Shown here piece after piece: positions 8,951 through 18,863 of a stretch of DNA of 64,000 nt (positions within the stretch are counted from its first letter, which is position 1; each line of letters opens with the position of its first letter). The translations under genes were made by a program, and so were the position numbers. The notes beneath the pieces are model-generated. The model saw nothing but the letters and a program-made list of their open reading frames with translations. It had not been told where the DNA came from and made no database searches. Where the stretch lies: assembly GCA_964625065.1 (NCBI GenBank), contig CAZUZL010000001.1:40132-104131 (forward strand), given 5' to 3'. This DNA is from an uncultured Candidatus Saccharibacteria bacterium (lineage in GTDB: Bacteria; Patescibacteriota; Minisyncoccia; Phycocordibacterales; UBA9973).

Positions 8951-9726
8951 GATATAAAACTTTCTCTAGTTTGGAGGAAAAAGTTAATATATTCCTGGTT
9001 GTTAGACTCGAACAATTCTTCGTGCCTACCAAAAGAAAACTGCACCCTATAGTGGTCTTCGTCGTTCAAAAATTTTCCAATTATTGAATAACTAGTAGTA
9101 GGAAACTTACTATGGAAAACTAAAACGAATAAATTTCTACACATTACATACTGAGATTTTCTATTCTTCTTCTTAATATCGTCAACAGAAATTATTAAAG
9201 CAAAGTATTCTGTGGCTTTTTCTGCAATATGTTTAAGTAACATTTCTGCAAATGCAGCTGGTTCGATATTAAGACTAGAAAACAAAGATTCTTTTTTAAA
9301 TACTACTTTTTCAGCATTATTCCATTCGTCGACATAAGACATGGTAAATTCCAAAAGGTTTTTGTCTTCACCTAAATGTGCATTAATTTTTTTAAACAGT
9401 GCGCTTTTTTCATAAAAATCTTCACTGTAATTCTCTTCTGTTTCAAAAAATTCTACTAACATTTTTCGGTTAATATTTTTTCTAAAAACATTAAAAAGAA
9501 AGAAAACAATTGCGGCTCGCAATGTTTTAAATTCTGCGGACACACCCCTATTTCCTAAAAGGCATTCGTGTTTTATTTCTTTTGTAAAATGCCAGGTTAT
9601 GCTGGGGTTAGATCTGATCGATTTTAAAATCGTTTCTACAACTATTAGTAAACTAACCATGGATAGGTTTGTATTTTGTATTTCCTTATTCGTGTACATT
9701 TTGTTTATTTTTAATAAACAATACAT
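8923..9726 (-). CDS. Hypothetical protein
   Basis: 267 aa ORF with no recognisable motif; the real start may be the internal MYTNKEIQ. Confidence 0.4.
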   Translation of the reverse strand: MYCLLKINKMYTNKEIQNTNLSMVSLLIVVETILKSIRSNPSITWHFTKEIKHECLLGNRGVSAEFKTLRAAIVFFLFNVFRKNINRKMLVEFFETEENYSEDFYEKSALFKKINAHLGEDKNLLEFTMSYVDEWNNAEKVVFKKESLFSSLNIEPAAFAEMLLKHIAEKATEYFALIISVDDIKKKNRKSQYVMCRNLFVLVFHSKFPTTSYSIIGKFLNDEDHYRVQFSFGRHEELFESNNQEYINFFLQTRESFISKITQLQPA

Positions 9727-9729
9727 AAA

Positions 9730-11466
9730 TTATATAGTAATGTCAACTATACGTAAGCGCATTTCTACCTTGCCCATATAACGCGATTCTTCTATATATG
9801 CAGACATATCTATATACATACCTGGTACCAGTTTTTGTTCAAAATCATTCGTAGTTTTGAAAAATGCTATGGCCTTTATCTTTGTTGTTTTTCCGTCATT
9901 GTTATGTGAAACAACTATTTCTAAGTGGTTTTTGTCTTTACCAAATTCCTTTGCTGTTTCTATTAATACACGTTTAAATACGAATAAAGGTTTTTCATTT
10001 GCCACACCAAATGGTGCAAAGTTTTGTATTGCACGATAGACTTCGTTTGTAACTATAGGTAATGTAACTTCTAGTGTTTGTGCACTATCTTTGTCAACAT
10101 TAACTTCAATTACAGCACTACTGTGCACACTGTTTAACACATCTGCCAGTGTATGTATTGCGTCATTACTAACTGAAAAACCTCCAGCACCCTCATGCCC
10201 ACCAAAGGCAACAAATGTGCCTGCCGGTGCAGCCGACATTATAGAAACAAGGTGGCACGTACCGTTAGAACGACATGAACCTTTTATAATTCCAAATTCG
10301 TCGCGTCCCCAAACAAAAACAGTTTTGTCATGTTCGTCTACAATTTTCGATGCAACCAAACCCAGCACACCAATGTTCCAGTTTGGGTTACCTATTACAA
10401 TAACAGGCTGTTCTTCTTTTTGTTTTAAAACTTTTTTTACCTCCTTCATGATAGATGCAACTTTTGTTTTTCTTTCTGTGTTTAAACCTTCTAAGTGTGT
10501 TGAAAATTCTACCGCTTCCTTAGCGTTTTTTGTTTTAAGTAATTTAAATGCAGTCATGGGCGTGTCCATGCGTGACGCAGCATTTAGTCGTGGTGCCAAT
10601 GTAAAAGTTACATCATCTTCAACTATGTGTGCCATGTCTACACCGGCTTTTTGTAATAGTAGTTGCAAGCCAGGTCGGCGAGTTTTCTTTAAAACCTGCA
10701 AACCATAGTACGCCAGTGTTCTGTTTTCCTTCAGTAGTGGTACCATGTCTGACAATGTTGCAATGGCCACCATGTCTAGCAACCATTTTTCCCACCCCAC
10801 GGGTACATTATATTCTGCACGGTATTTATCTAGGAAACCACGAACAAAAGTAAATATTACACCAGAACCACACAACATGTCGTCTGGGTAATTGTTACCA
10901 GTTTGTTTTGGGTTTATAACAGCATATGCATCTGGAATAATTTGTGTGTCTTTATTCTTCTTATCTTTAAGTATTTTCTCTAATGGCAAATGGTGGTCGG
11001 TAATGATTAAATCAATACCCTTTTCTTTACAGTACTTAGCTTGGTCGACAGCGGTAATACCAACATCAATTGTTATAATCAATGTCACCCCCTGACTAAC
11101 CAAACTATCTACAGCAGGTATATGTAAACCGTAACCTTCTTTGTGTCTGTCAGGAATATAAACAACATAATTTGTAAAACCAATAATGTCGAACATATCA
11201 GACAGTACAACTGCACCCGGTATACCGTCGCAGTCGTAGTCTGCATATATGGCAATTTTCTCGCCTTTTGCTATAGCGTTATAAACCCGTTCTACAGATT
11301 TATCCATGTCCTTCATATCTGTTGGGTTGCCTATATTTGTATATTGTGGGTGCAAAAAATCGTCAGCATCAATAGCCGACAAACCCCGCATAGTTAACAA
11401 ATGTTCCACCACTTCGTTCATGCACATTAGTCTACCATGGGGCATAAGTAATACAAAAATAGACAA
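9730..11466 (-). CDS. recJ: Single-stranded-DNA-specific exonuclease RecJ
   Basis: DHH/DHHA1 phosphoesterase motifs (DYDCDGI, ITDHH) in a ~570 aa protein; start possibly at MNEVVEH (11421). Confidence 0.8.
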   Translation of the reverse strand: MSIFVLLMPHGRLMCMNEVVEHLLTMRGLSAIDADDFLHPQYTNIGNPTDMKDMDKSVERVYNAIAKGEKIAIYADYDCDGIPGAVVLSDMFDIIGFTNYVVYIPDRHKEGYGLHIPAVDSLVSQGVTLIITIDVGITAVDQAKYCKEKGIDLIITDHHLPLEKILKDKKNKDTQIIPDAYAVINPKQTGNNYPDDMLCGSGVIFTFVRGFLDKYRAEYNVPVGWEKWLLDMVAIATLSDMVPLLKENRTLAYYGLQVLKKTRRPGLQLLLQKAGVDMAHIVEDDVTFTLAPRLNAASRMDTPMTAFKLLKTKNAKEAVEFSTHLEGLNTERKTKVASIMKEVKKVLKQKEEQPVIVIGNPNWNIGVLGLVASKIVDEHDKTVFVWGRDEFGIIKGSCRSNGTCHLVSIMSAAPAGTFVAFGGHEGAGGFSVSNDAIHTLADVLNSVHSSAVIEVNVDKDSAQTLEVTLPIVTNEVYRAIQNFAPFGVANEKPLFVFKRVLIETAKEFGKDKNHLEIVVSHNNDGKTTKIKAIAFFKTTNDFEQKLVPGMYIDMSAYIEESRYMGKVEMRLRIVDITI

Positions 11467-11542
11467 ATCTGTTGTAAGTGTTATACTAATAAAAAAACAA
11501 ATACTAGTGAGTATTTGTCAAAACAACTAAAATTAAATAAAC

Positions 11543-12133
11543 ATGGATATTATAGATTTTTTCAAAAAGCCTACATTAAAAGAATACAAGGAGGCTTTAC
11601 AAAACATTGCAAAAGTTGATAGTACTTTCACAACATCAGTTGAAGGTTTTACCCACACATCTGCCATCTATGAAGTTATTTTTGAATATTCAAAAATTGT
11701 AAGAATATACACAAATAGCATGGACGACGAGGTTACAGACAGAGATTCGTTCTGTAATTCATTGAATACATTTTTGGAAAACAAAAATAAATTACAAATA
11801 ATTGTTGATAATAACCCGTTTCGTTATGCAAAAACATCTAGAACTATAGATTTAATGACCAGATTTTATTCTAAAAATGAAAATTTAGATATTAGAATTT
11901 CAGATTCTAAATTCAAAAAATCTATTGCGGGGGTTACAAAAAATAACGAAACCTACTATTTTGTTGTTGGTGATGATTCAAAAGTAGCAATAGAAAATAA
12001 TTATACCAAACATGTGGTGCCATTATTTAGCTTCAATAATAAAGAATATGCAAATGCATATAAAAATGTTTTTGATTCACATTTTCTAAAATTACAGAGG
12101 GTATTTATACCACGTAGTCAGAACAAGTATTAA
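11543..12133 (+). CDS. Hypothetical protein
   Basis: 196 aa ORF, very AT-rich, followed by a terminator. Confidence 0.4.
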   Translation: MDIIDFFKKPTLKEYKEALQNIAKVDSTFTTSVEGFTHTSAIYEVIFEYSKIVRIYTNSMDDEVTDRDSFCNSLNTFLENKNKLQIIVDNNPFRYAKTSRTIDLMTRFYSKNENLDIRISDSKFKKSIAGVTKNNETYYFVVGDDSKVAIENNYTKHVVPLFSFNNKEYANAYKNVFDSHFLKLQRVFIPRSQNKY

Positions 12134-12150
12134 AGTACTAAAATAATTAA

Positions 12151-12186
12151 CAAAACCGATTCATATATATATGAATCGGTTTTTAA
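12151..12186 (+). terminator. Intrinsic terminator
   Basis: aaaccgattcatatatatatgaatcggttttt. Confidence 0.6.
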
Positions 12187-12321
12187 ATACAATAAAAATC
12201 TTATAACCTGCCTAGGCATATTTCGAAAAATATGTAGGAAGGCCTTGTTACACAAAGAATAGCAAATAAATCTAAAATACACAAGAAAATAAAATTATAA
12301 GCATAAATTAGATGATAAAAC

Positions 12322-13032
12322 TTAAAATGTATTAGAACTTAGTACATTTATAATTTCAATGGCCAGAGGTTCTCTTTCGTATTTCAAACTTTTTTGAAGT
12401 TTATCCATTATATCCCTAGAAGGAATTGCTAATTTTGATATTTCAGAAATAAATACAAACTGCTCTTCGGTTATTTCCGGTGGCAGACGTTTTATTAATT
12501 TAAGAATCTTTACGTCTTCTAAGTTATTTGCAGATAATTTTAAAAAATCAAGCTGATCTTTAATTAAAACCAAATTATCTATTAGAGTATCGATGGTATC
12601 TGTAGTTTTCTGTTTTATAGGACCTGCTGGAAAATTACCTAATATCTTAAAATATTCAGGAACAACTTTTTTAAATGAAGTATATTTGTAGTTTTTATTT
12701 CCTTCAATTAGAATTTGTTTTTCAACATTTTCTATAACTTCTTTCATTATAATAATTATTGTATTATTATAATTTAAAAGACGAAATAAATACTTTTTTC
12801 TTAAGCTTTTAAAGTAACGAGGAATTTTCGGAAGAATATAAACCTGGACAACTAAATAGATTGATAAGATCAAAATTAAAGTTATTATTGATTTTTGGTA
12901 ATAATTCACCAAAAACACTATTAGGCCTACTATGAATACAATAAGTGGGTAAAGAATGAATAATGGATAAAACGTAGAATTAGTACCCTCATTAATGGCC
13001 TTTTGAGATAGGTAAGATTTAGATTGTGTCAT
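12322..13032 (-). CDS. Hypothetical membrane protein
   Basis: 236 aa with two N-terminal TM helices; extremely AT-rich coding sequence. Confidence 0.4.
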   Translation of the reverse strand: MTQSKSYLSQKAINEGTNSTFYPLFILYPLIVFIVGLIVFLVNYYQKSIITLILILSIYLVVQVYILPKIPRYFKSLRKKYLFRLLNYNNTIIIIMKEVIENVEKQILIEGNKNYKYTSFKKVVPEYFKILGNFPAGPIKQKTTDTIDTLIDNLVLIKDQLDFLKLSANNLEDVKILKLIKRLPPEITEEQFVFISEISKLAIPSRDIMDKLQKSLKYEREPLAIEIINVLSSNTF

Positions 13033-13255
13033 ATTATGGATTTTTAAAGAGTGAAAATTAGATTATTTGAATATATAATAACATTAAATATCAATTTAAG
13101 CAAGTTTTTACATTACTACAAAATCTTGCATGTTTTATATGAACATGCTAAATTGTTAGTAATAAATTATATTTGCTTATCTGTAAATATAAAACTGAAT
13201 TGGTTATTAATATAGTTTTTGTTCGTTGGAATAAAATAGTAAATGATTCCTATTT

Positions 13256-13447
13256 TAGAAATAATAGGATCAGGGTAAACTAGAGTTAATAACTCTGGGG
13301 TTGTAGGATGCTTTGATTTGTGTCAAGTATTCCTAAGTAGCACATTCAGGCCAAATTTGTGAATCGACGGGTGAAATCACCAAGTCCCGTAACCCTAAAC
13401 CTTTGAACTTAAACTTTAAAACTTCGCTACGATTTGGCGGAGTTTTT
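13256..13447 (+). ncRNA. Candidate small structured RNA of unknown family
   Basis: An island of higher GC inside very AT-rich DNA; several local hairpins (agagtta/taactct, ggtg/cacc, acggg/cccgt); ends in a cuucgc/gcggag stem plus UUUUUUUAUUU; no ORF. Confidence 0.3.
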
Positions 13448-13527
13448 TTATTTAATTTTTATTCTGATAAAAAATCTAATACTAGTCTCAGTTAACATTA
13501 TTTACTTTGTAAATTATCAATACTGAA

Positions 13528-14217
13528 TTACCTTTTATAATCCACAAATTTCCCAGACCAAGTATATGCTGAAAGTATTCCTATGAATGAACCAGCAATA
13601 AACCAAAATATAAGTTCTTCAACTGGTATACCCATAGTTAAAATTCCTGATAGATATCTAAAATCATAAGTGGCTGAAACCCAGCCAGGAGTAGTTATAA
13701 TAGTTGTCCAATACAATGGAAGAATACATATAGTGGTCAAAATACCTGACCATAGACTTGGAATAATGAGGTCTTTTCTTATAATCCACATAAAAACCGT
13801 TGCCAATGTTGTAACTAATGTAAATGATTGAAATGATGTAAATCCTATATATTTAATAAGTACATGAATAACTGTCAGAACTACTACCGAAAAAAGGATT
13901 CGAAAAAGTGAATATATACTTTTTTGACTACTAATAATCTTTTTCTTGAAAAAGACTTGATAAATAACCATCATAACTCCACCAGCACCAAAACCAGTAA
14001 AAAAGTCTTCTACTCCTATTCTTGTTCCTGTTATGGTTTCTGGGTGCCACCAGTCCACTGTCCACCAAATGTAACCAGTGACTAGTGATAAAATTCCATA
14101 TAATGTAGCTGTATAAATCATAAATTTTCGTAAATCTTTTCGTAGAATATAAAAGATTGTCCAGAAAATCATCCCAACGATTACTAATATAAGGTATCCA
14201 AAATGAATAGGTAACAT
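13528..14217 (-). CDS. Membrane protein with a lycopene-cyclase-like domain
   Basis: 229 aa polytopic protein with two PxEE-like repeats (IGVEDFFTGF; GIPVEELIFWFIAG). Confidence 0.45.
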   Translation of the reverse strand: MLPIHFGYLILVIVGMIFWTIFYILRKDLRKFMIYTATLYGILSLVTGYIWWTVDWWHPETITGTRIGVEDFFTGFGAGGVMMVIYQVFFKKKIISSQKSIYSLFRILFSVVVLTVIHVLIKYIGFTSFQSFTLVTTLATVFMWIIRKDLIIPSLWSGILTTICILPLYWTTIITTPGWVSATYDFRYLSGILTMGIPVEELIFWFIAGSFIGILSAYTWSGKFVDYKR

Positions 14218-14252
14218 AATATGATTATAACTTATAGATATATTTTTAGCAC

Positions 14253-14729
14253 TTAAATATGTGATCTTAACTGCCTTACATCTTCTAAATCAACTTCACG
14301 AGCAAGTTTTGTTTTATACGCAATCAAAGATTTGATGTTTTCTACAGGTATTTTTCTACCATATACTTCCTTTATCGTTATGTTATCTAAACTACTATCA
14401 AGATATTCCCATCCTTTTGTTTGTGTATTAAAAATTTTTGCACCCGTTCCTGCAATATCTATGTCCTGACCTTCATAATTTAATGTCATTAAAAGTAAGT
14501 CCCAGTTTTCATCTTTGTATTGATTAGGTCCATACACAATATATGGTCGTATTTCATCAGACTGTGCTATTTGACCAATATCAACATCAGACACTTCTAT
14601 GTCAATGTCCGCAAGTTCTCTATTAACACCATACACCCTAGTAGCAAAGCCACCTGAAACTTTATATTTAATATTATTTTGCTCAAGAATATCTATTATC
14701 CAATTGAAAGCCACTTTAGTATTTTTCAT
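14253..14729 (-). CDS. Lnu(A)/ANT(2'')-family nucleotidyltransferase-like protein
   Basis: SGGFATRVYGVNRELADIDIEV nucleotidyltransferase motif; length 158 aa and C-terminal region are collinear with lincosamide nucleotidyltransferases. Confidence 0.55.
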   Translation of the reverse strand: MKNTKVAFNWIIDILEQNNIKYKVSGGFATRVYGVNRELADIDIEVSDVDIGQIAQSDEIRPYIVYGPNQYKDENWDLLLMTLNYEGQDIDIAGTGAKIFNTQTKGWEYLDSSLDNITIKEVYGRKIPVENIKSLIAYKTKLAREVDLEDVRQLRSHI

Positions 14730-14762
14730 AATATTTTAATACTACCACATTAAAATAAATAA

Positions 14763-14797
14763 AAATATTCTGGTGTTTAAGCCAGAATATTGCTTTT
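14763..14797. terminator. Intrinsic terminator
   Basis: aatattctgg-tgtttaagc-cagaatatt-gctttttt. Confidence 0.5.
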
Positions 14798-14809
14798 TTA
14801 AAAAATTGC

Positions 14810-15016
14810 TTAAAATTTTCTTTTCAACATCTCAATAGTGTGTTTTTTCCTCTGAGAAATAACGGCTTTATGAATTCCAAGTTTTATTAGCTCATCTTTT
14901 ATACCTGGTAGTTGAGAAAACTTTTCATGAGTAACAATTGGACCTGCGACAAAAACAAGCACTCCATCTTTCCGAGTTGGTGTTAGTTTTACGGTTTTGA
15001 ATGTTCTAGGCTTCAT
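14810..15016 (-). CDS. Small hypothetical protein, possibly a gene fragment
   Basis: 68 aa ORF, no motif. Confidence 0.25.
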   Translation of the reverse strand: MKPRTFKTVKLTPTRKDGVLVFVAGPIVTHEKFSQLPGIKDELIKLGIHKAVISQRKKHTIEMLKRKF

Positions 15017-15186
15017 AATCTAAAATTTTAATTTTTAAAATATATAAATTTATCTACTAATATAATACCATTTTATTTAATTTTAAACAAGATGTGCGTA
15101 TAGGTTCAATAGCTTGGCACCATTTGATAAAATGTTATCAAATAAATGTGATGCACAGCAACAAAAAAATTAAGTTGCAATTTATC

Positions 15187-15744
15187 TTAATTTAACTCTA
15201 TTTCCCCAAAATCCTTTATATATTCCGAATGGTTAGTTAGTTCTACATTACGTAGTATTGCCAAAGCAGATTCACGCATAGCAATACCCTCACTAGATTC
15301 GACACATTCTTCTAAAACATATGTAAAAAAACCGGCGTCAAAACTGTCAAAAGCAGTGGCCATAACACAGTCGTTTGCATCTACACCAACAATATGGACT
15401 TCTTGTATATTATTTTCTTTAAATAAAGTAATTAAATCTTTGTCGCCCTGAAATGCAGACTTAGTTGTTTTTGTAACTAGAATTGTATTTTTATTTTCTA
15501 ACTCTGACTTAATTTCAGGTATTGTTGGTTCGATTTTAAAAGTCCAGTTAGTTTGGATGTCCCACAACGAACCAGTATCTGCGTGGAATACAGCTTCTAC
15601 ATATAAATTATAGTTTCCTTTTTGTATCACCGATTGAACATTTTTTATAATGTAACGAGTTCTTTCGGGTAAAAACCCTGTTTGCATATCAACAATTATT
15701 AATGCTCGAATTTTGTTTGGGTTAGGAATTAGTATGGAATTCAT
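15187..15744 (-). CDS. Isochorismatase-family cysteine hydrolase (nicotinamidase-like)
   Basis: ALIIVDMQ and VHIVGVDANDCVMATAFDSFDAGF motifs. Confidence 0.75.
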   Translation of the reverse strand: MNSILIPNPNKIRALIIVDMQTGFLPERTRYIIKNVQSVIQKGNYNLYVEAVFHADTGSLWDIQTNWTFKIEPTIPEIKSELENKNTILVTKTTKSAFQGDKDLITLFKENNIQEVHIVGVDANDCVMATAFDSFDAGFFTYVLEECVESSEGIAMRESALAILRNVELTNHSEYIKDFGEIELN

Positions 15745-15756
15745 ATTTATATTATA

Positions 15757-16521
15757 TCATTTGCTGTGTGTTTTTATATCTATTGCTAAATGGTCAGACA
15801 CCCTATTGGGCAAAACTGTGCATAAAATATCGTTTGTTTTTAATGTACTAATATCAAAATACACATGGTCGGTACGGAACTTAAAACTAATACCAAAACG
15901 TGCAAAAAAACTATTTACCCTGTTAAGTAAAAAAGAAGATTTTTCTGTATATCGACTATCCAAAGTTGGGCCAATATTTTTACTAACACGAATAAAATCT
16001 GGTAAAAGTATTTTTTCTATTTCAGAAACTTCACCCGGAAAACCAGTATTAAAATCCCCCGCAAATACAATGGGTATATTGTTTTTATAATTAGAAAGAC
16101 TTTCTTTAATTATTTCTATTTCCTTTTTTCGTATACTTGTTTTTATGCCGGAATGTAGATGTACAGAACCTACCAATACACCCTGCCCCTGCACGGCAAA
16201 AATACCGCCAACAAAACCCCAACCACGCATTGGCATATTCGGGTCGAAATTTGCAAATGATATAAACAACGTATCTTTTAAAACAAATGCTTTTTTATAT
16301 AAAATACATACACCTGTATTAGTGCTGAGATTTACATCAAATGGACGCACCACAATATACGAATGTTCAAATTGTGTAATAATAGAAACAACTTTTGCAT
16401 CAACTTCCTGTAGTAGAACAAAATCGTATTTATCGCTTACCAACACATCATGTATAAAATCTCCGAAACTTGACTGATACGCCTTTTGTGTATTTAGTGT
16501 TAATATATTTAAGTTTTTCAT
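15757..16521 (-). CDS. Endonuclease/exonuclease/phosphatase (EEP) family protein
   Basis: LQEV, GDFN and SDHLA motifs in a 254 aa protein. Confidence 0.65.
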   Translation of the reverse strand: MKNLNILTLNTQKAYQSSFGDFIHDVLVSDKYDFVLLQEVDAKVVSIITQFEHSYIVVRPFDVNLSTNTGVCILYKKAFVLKDTLFISFANFDPNMPMRGWGFVGGIFAVQGQGVLVGSVHLHSGIKTSIRKKEIEIIKESLSNYKNNIPIVFAGDFNTGFPGEVSEIEKILLPDFIRVSKNIGPTLDSRYTEKSSFLLNRVNSFFARFGISFKFRTDHVYFDISTLKTNDILCTVLPNRVSDHLAIDIKTHSK

Positions 16522-16592
16522 AATTATTTTCTAAAACTATTTCAACAATCTTTTACTGAAGATCAAGTTTTTTAAGTTATGTTTCGTGTGTT

Positions 16593-17603
16593 TTATAATA
16601 CTATATTAGGATCAAGAATATTAATTAGTTTTTCTCTATTTTCTGTTAGATAATAAATTTCCTCTAAATTTGTTTTATATGTAATATCATTCCTAAAGTC
16701 TTCTTTTACATAATGCAGATATTCACGCCATATAGAATAGAAAGATTTTGTGTAGTACAACTCTATTGCACTTCTAAATTCAGTAGATGTAAATGAATAA
16801 ATATCAAAATATGACTTTATAAAAATCTTTGCTTTTTCTATATTTTCTAAATTATATCCATGCCAAAAACATGTAAGCGAACAGGAACGAACTAATTCAT
16901 ACATTCTAGGTGTTGGGCCTGCCATGTCTAAGTCAAAAATATTAAGAATTTTTCCGTCTTCGGTAAAAAATACATTGTCAGGATAATAGTCACCAAAACA
17001 AAGGTGTCTGTCATTCATGTTTAAAGATTCAAAAGTAGTTGTACATTCTGATACAAGTTTTTTCTTTAAATTCAATCCGTCTATACTCAAAACATCAAAG
17101 TCATTTTCTGGTTTAATAATTTTTAGTAATTCTTCAATTTCAAAAATTATGTGTTCTTTTTCCTGTAATTTAAAATGCGTATCTTCATCATATTTACCGA
17201 TAATTCCATTTTTTGTTAACAAATGAGCCTTAGCTAATTCACGCCCCATAACTTTAATAATATCTATAGGTATATTTCCAGTTTCATACTGTTTTCCACT
17301 AATAAATGGGTAAAGCACGTAACATGAGTGGTTTATTACTTCATGCAAATTACCATTCTTACTTCTTATTGGGCCGATAACAGGAATTTTATTTTGAATA
17401 AAAAAATCTTCAACTTTTTCTATAGTTTCAATTCTATCTGCACCGCTTATTCTGTGTTTTTTCAAAAAGAAAACACCATTACCAGTTTCTACCTTGTAAT
17501 TATAACTAGAAAAACCCTTTTCAACCTTAGTAAAAACAACGGGTTCAACGAGCCAAAACATTTCTATAATTTTTTCTGATATATTTTGATTCATATTATG
17601 CAA
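16593..17603 (-). CDS. Aminoglycoside/macrolide phosphotransferase (APH/choline-kinase) family protein
   Basis: Brenner-like HLCFGDYYPDNVFF and IFDLDMAG motifs; 336 aa. Confidence 0.65.
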   Translation of the reverse strand: MHNMNQNISEKIIEMFWLVEPVVFTKVEKGFSSYNYKVETGNGVFFLKKHRISGADRIETIEKVEDFFIQNKIPVIGPIRSKNGNLHEVINHSCYVLYPFISGKQYETGNIPIDIIKVMGRELAKAHLLTKNGIIGKYDEDTHFKLQEKEHIIFEIEELLKIIKPENDFDVLSIDGLNLKKKLVSECTTTFESLNMNDRHLCFGDYYPDNVFFTEDGKILNIFDLDMAGPTPRMYELVRSCSLTCFWHGYNLENIEKAKIFIKSYFDIYSFTSTEFRSAIELYYTKSFYSIWREYLHYVKEDFRNDITYKTNLEEIYYLTENREKLINILDPNIVL

Positions 17604-18822
17604 CTATAGCATTTTTCAGATACTTTTTCTCCACGAATAATATACTAAACATTGCCAACGTTATTACTGTTAGAACACTGAACGTTGTTGACGTACCACT
17701 GATATCCAGCATGACACCAATTATAATCGGGGCAACTATTTCACCCAAACACCAACTTACTGAAAGCAGCCCAGACACGCGACCCAAATGTTCTTTGGTA
17801 ACTATTGTCGTCGTAATACCATCGAAAGCAAAGCTGACTAAATTAAGAGCAAGAGACAAACCGAATGCCAATACTACACTTGCAATCACACCTTTAATAA
17901 AGATTAAGCACACCAGACAGAAAACAAGTGCCGACATACCGCACATAACGGCTTTACTACGGTTCCGATCAGCAAGAGCACCAACATAGGCACTACACAC
18001 TGACGGCAAAGCGGTTGCAGCACCTATAAGGATAACCCACGTTATACTTGCCCCGTTCGTATATGCATCAAGCGGTATAACAAAACCGGCAACAACACTA
18101 ACAAAGCCCATAAAAAATGTGGCCAGACTGATCAATCTTACACCCGGGCTCCAACTTTTTATTTCATTCCATAAACTATAAAAAACGCCATCATTAAAAA
18201 CATTTTTTATACCTGCTTTCGCACCAACATAACCAGGATCGCGATTTAGTGTTAGGAACATGAAAAGACAAATAATAGACGTTGGCAATATCACAAGAAA
18301 GAGCGAATGAATGGCAAAATAATTTACCAAGAAAATACTCGCTACGACACACACTATCCAAAAAATACTGGTAACAGCGTCGAAATAGCCAAATATGCGC
18401 CCAATAGATTCAGATGCTGAATGTCGGCGTATATAGGTACTGCGACCAACACTATCGAATGCATAACCCACCCCGTTTAGTAGTCGGGCAATAACGACAA
18501 ATATAACTGCCCCCGTAGCACCTGCCCAGAAATATGCAAAACCGATAAATGGATAAAAGAGAACACCTATAATCAATACCGTTCGGGCAGAAATTTTATC
18601 TATCAACAGCCCCACAAACGGCACTGCTAGAATAAAGGCGATGTCATACACCGAACGCAATAACCCAGTTTCTGCATATGAGTTAGCAAAAGAAAGAAGA
18701 AATATCGGTATCAATGCCTCGACTACGCCCCAGCCCATCCAACGAATAGTGGTGCCCCAGATAACAGTATTTACATCACTGGGAATTGATCGTTTTTGTA
18801 AAAATGGTTTAAAAAAAGACAT
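17596..18822 (-). CDS. MFS transporter
   Basis: About 12 TM helices and MFS signature loops; overlaps the downstream kinase by 8 nt, which suggests an operon. Confidence 0.8.
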   Translation of the reverse strand: MSFFKPFLQKRSIPSDVNTVIWGTTIRWMGWGVVEALIPIFLLSFANSYAETGLLRSVYDIAFILAVPFVGLLIDKISARTVLIIGVLFYPFIGFAYFWAGATGAVIFVVIARLLNGVGYAFDSVGRSTYIRRHSASESIGRIFGYFDAVTSIFWIVCVVASIFLVNYFAIHSLFLVILPTSIICLFMFLTLNRDPGYVGAKAGIKNVFNDGVFYSLWNEIKSWSPGVRLISLATFFMGFVSVVAGFVIPLDAYTNGASITWVILIGAATALPSVCSAYVGALADRNRSKAVMCGMSALVFCLVCLIFIKGVIASVVLAFGLSLALNLVSFAFDGITTTIVTKEHLGRVSGLLSVSWCLGEIVAPIIIGVMLDISGTSTTFSVLTVITLAMFSILFVEKKYLKNAIVA

Positions 18823-18863
18823 AGTATCGTACTTGTGAAATATTTAATAATAACATTTTTTAC

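Noticed and set aside
13330-13360. tmRNA-like GAAUCGACGGG motif
   Set aside because: No acceptor stem, T-arm or tag-reading frame nearby, and the element is only ~190 nt; it is kept as a generic candidate RNA.
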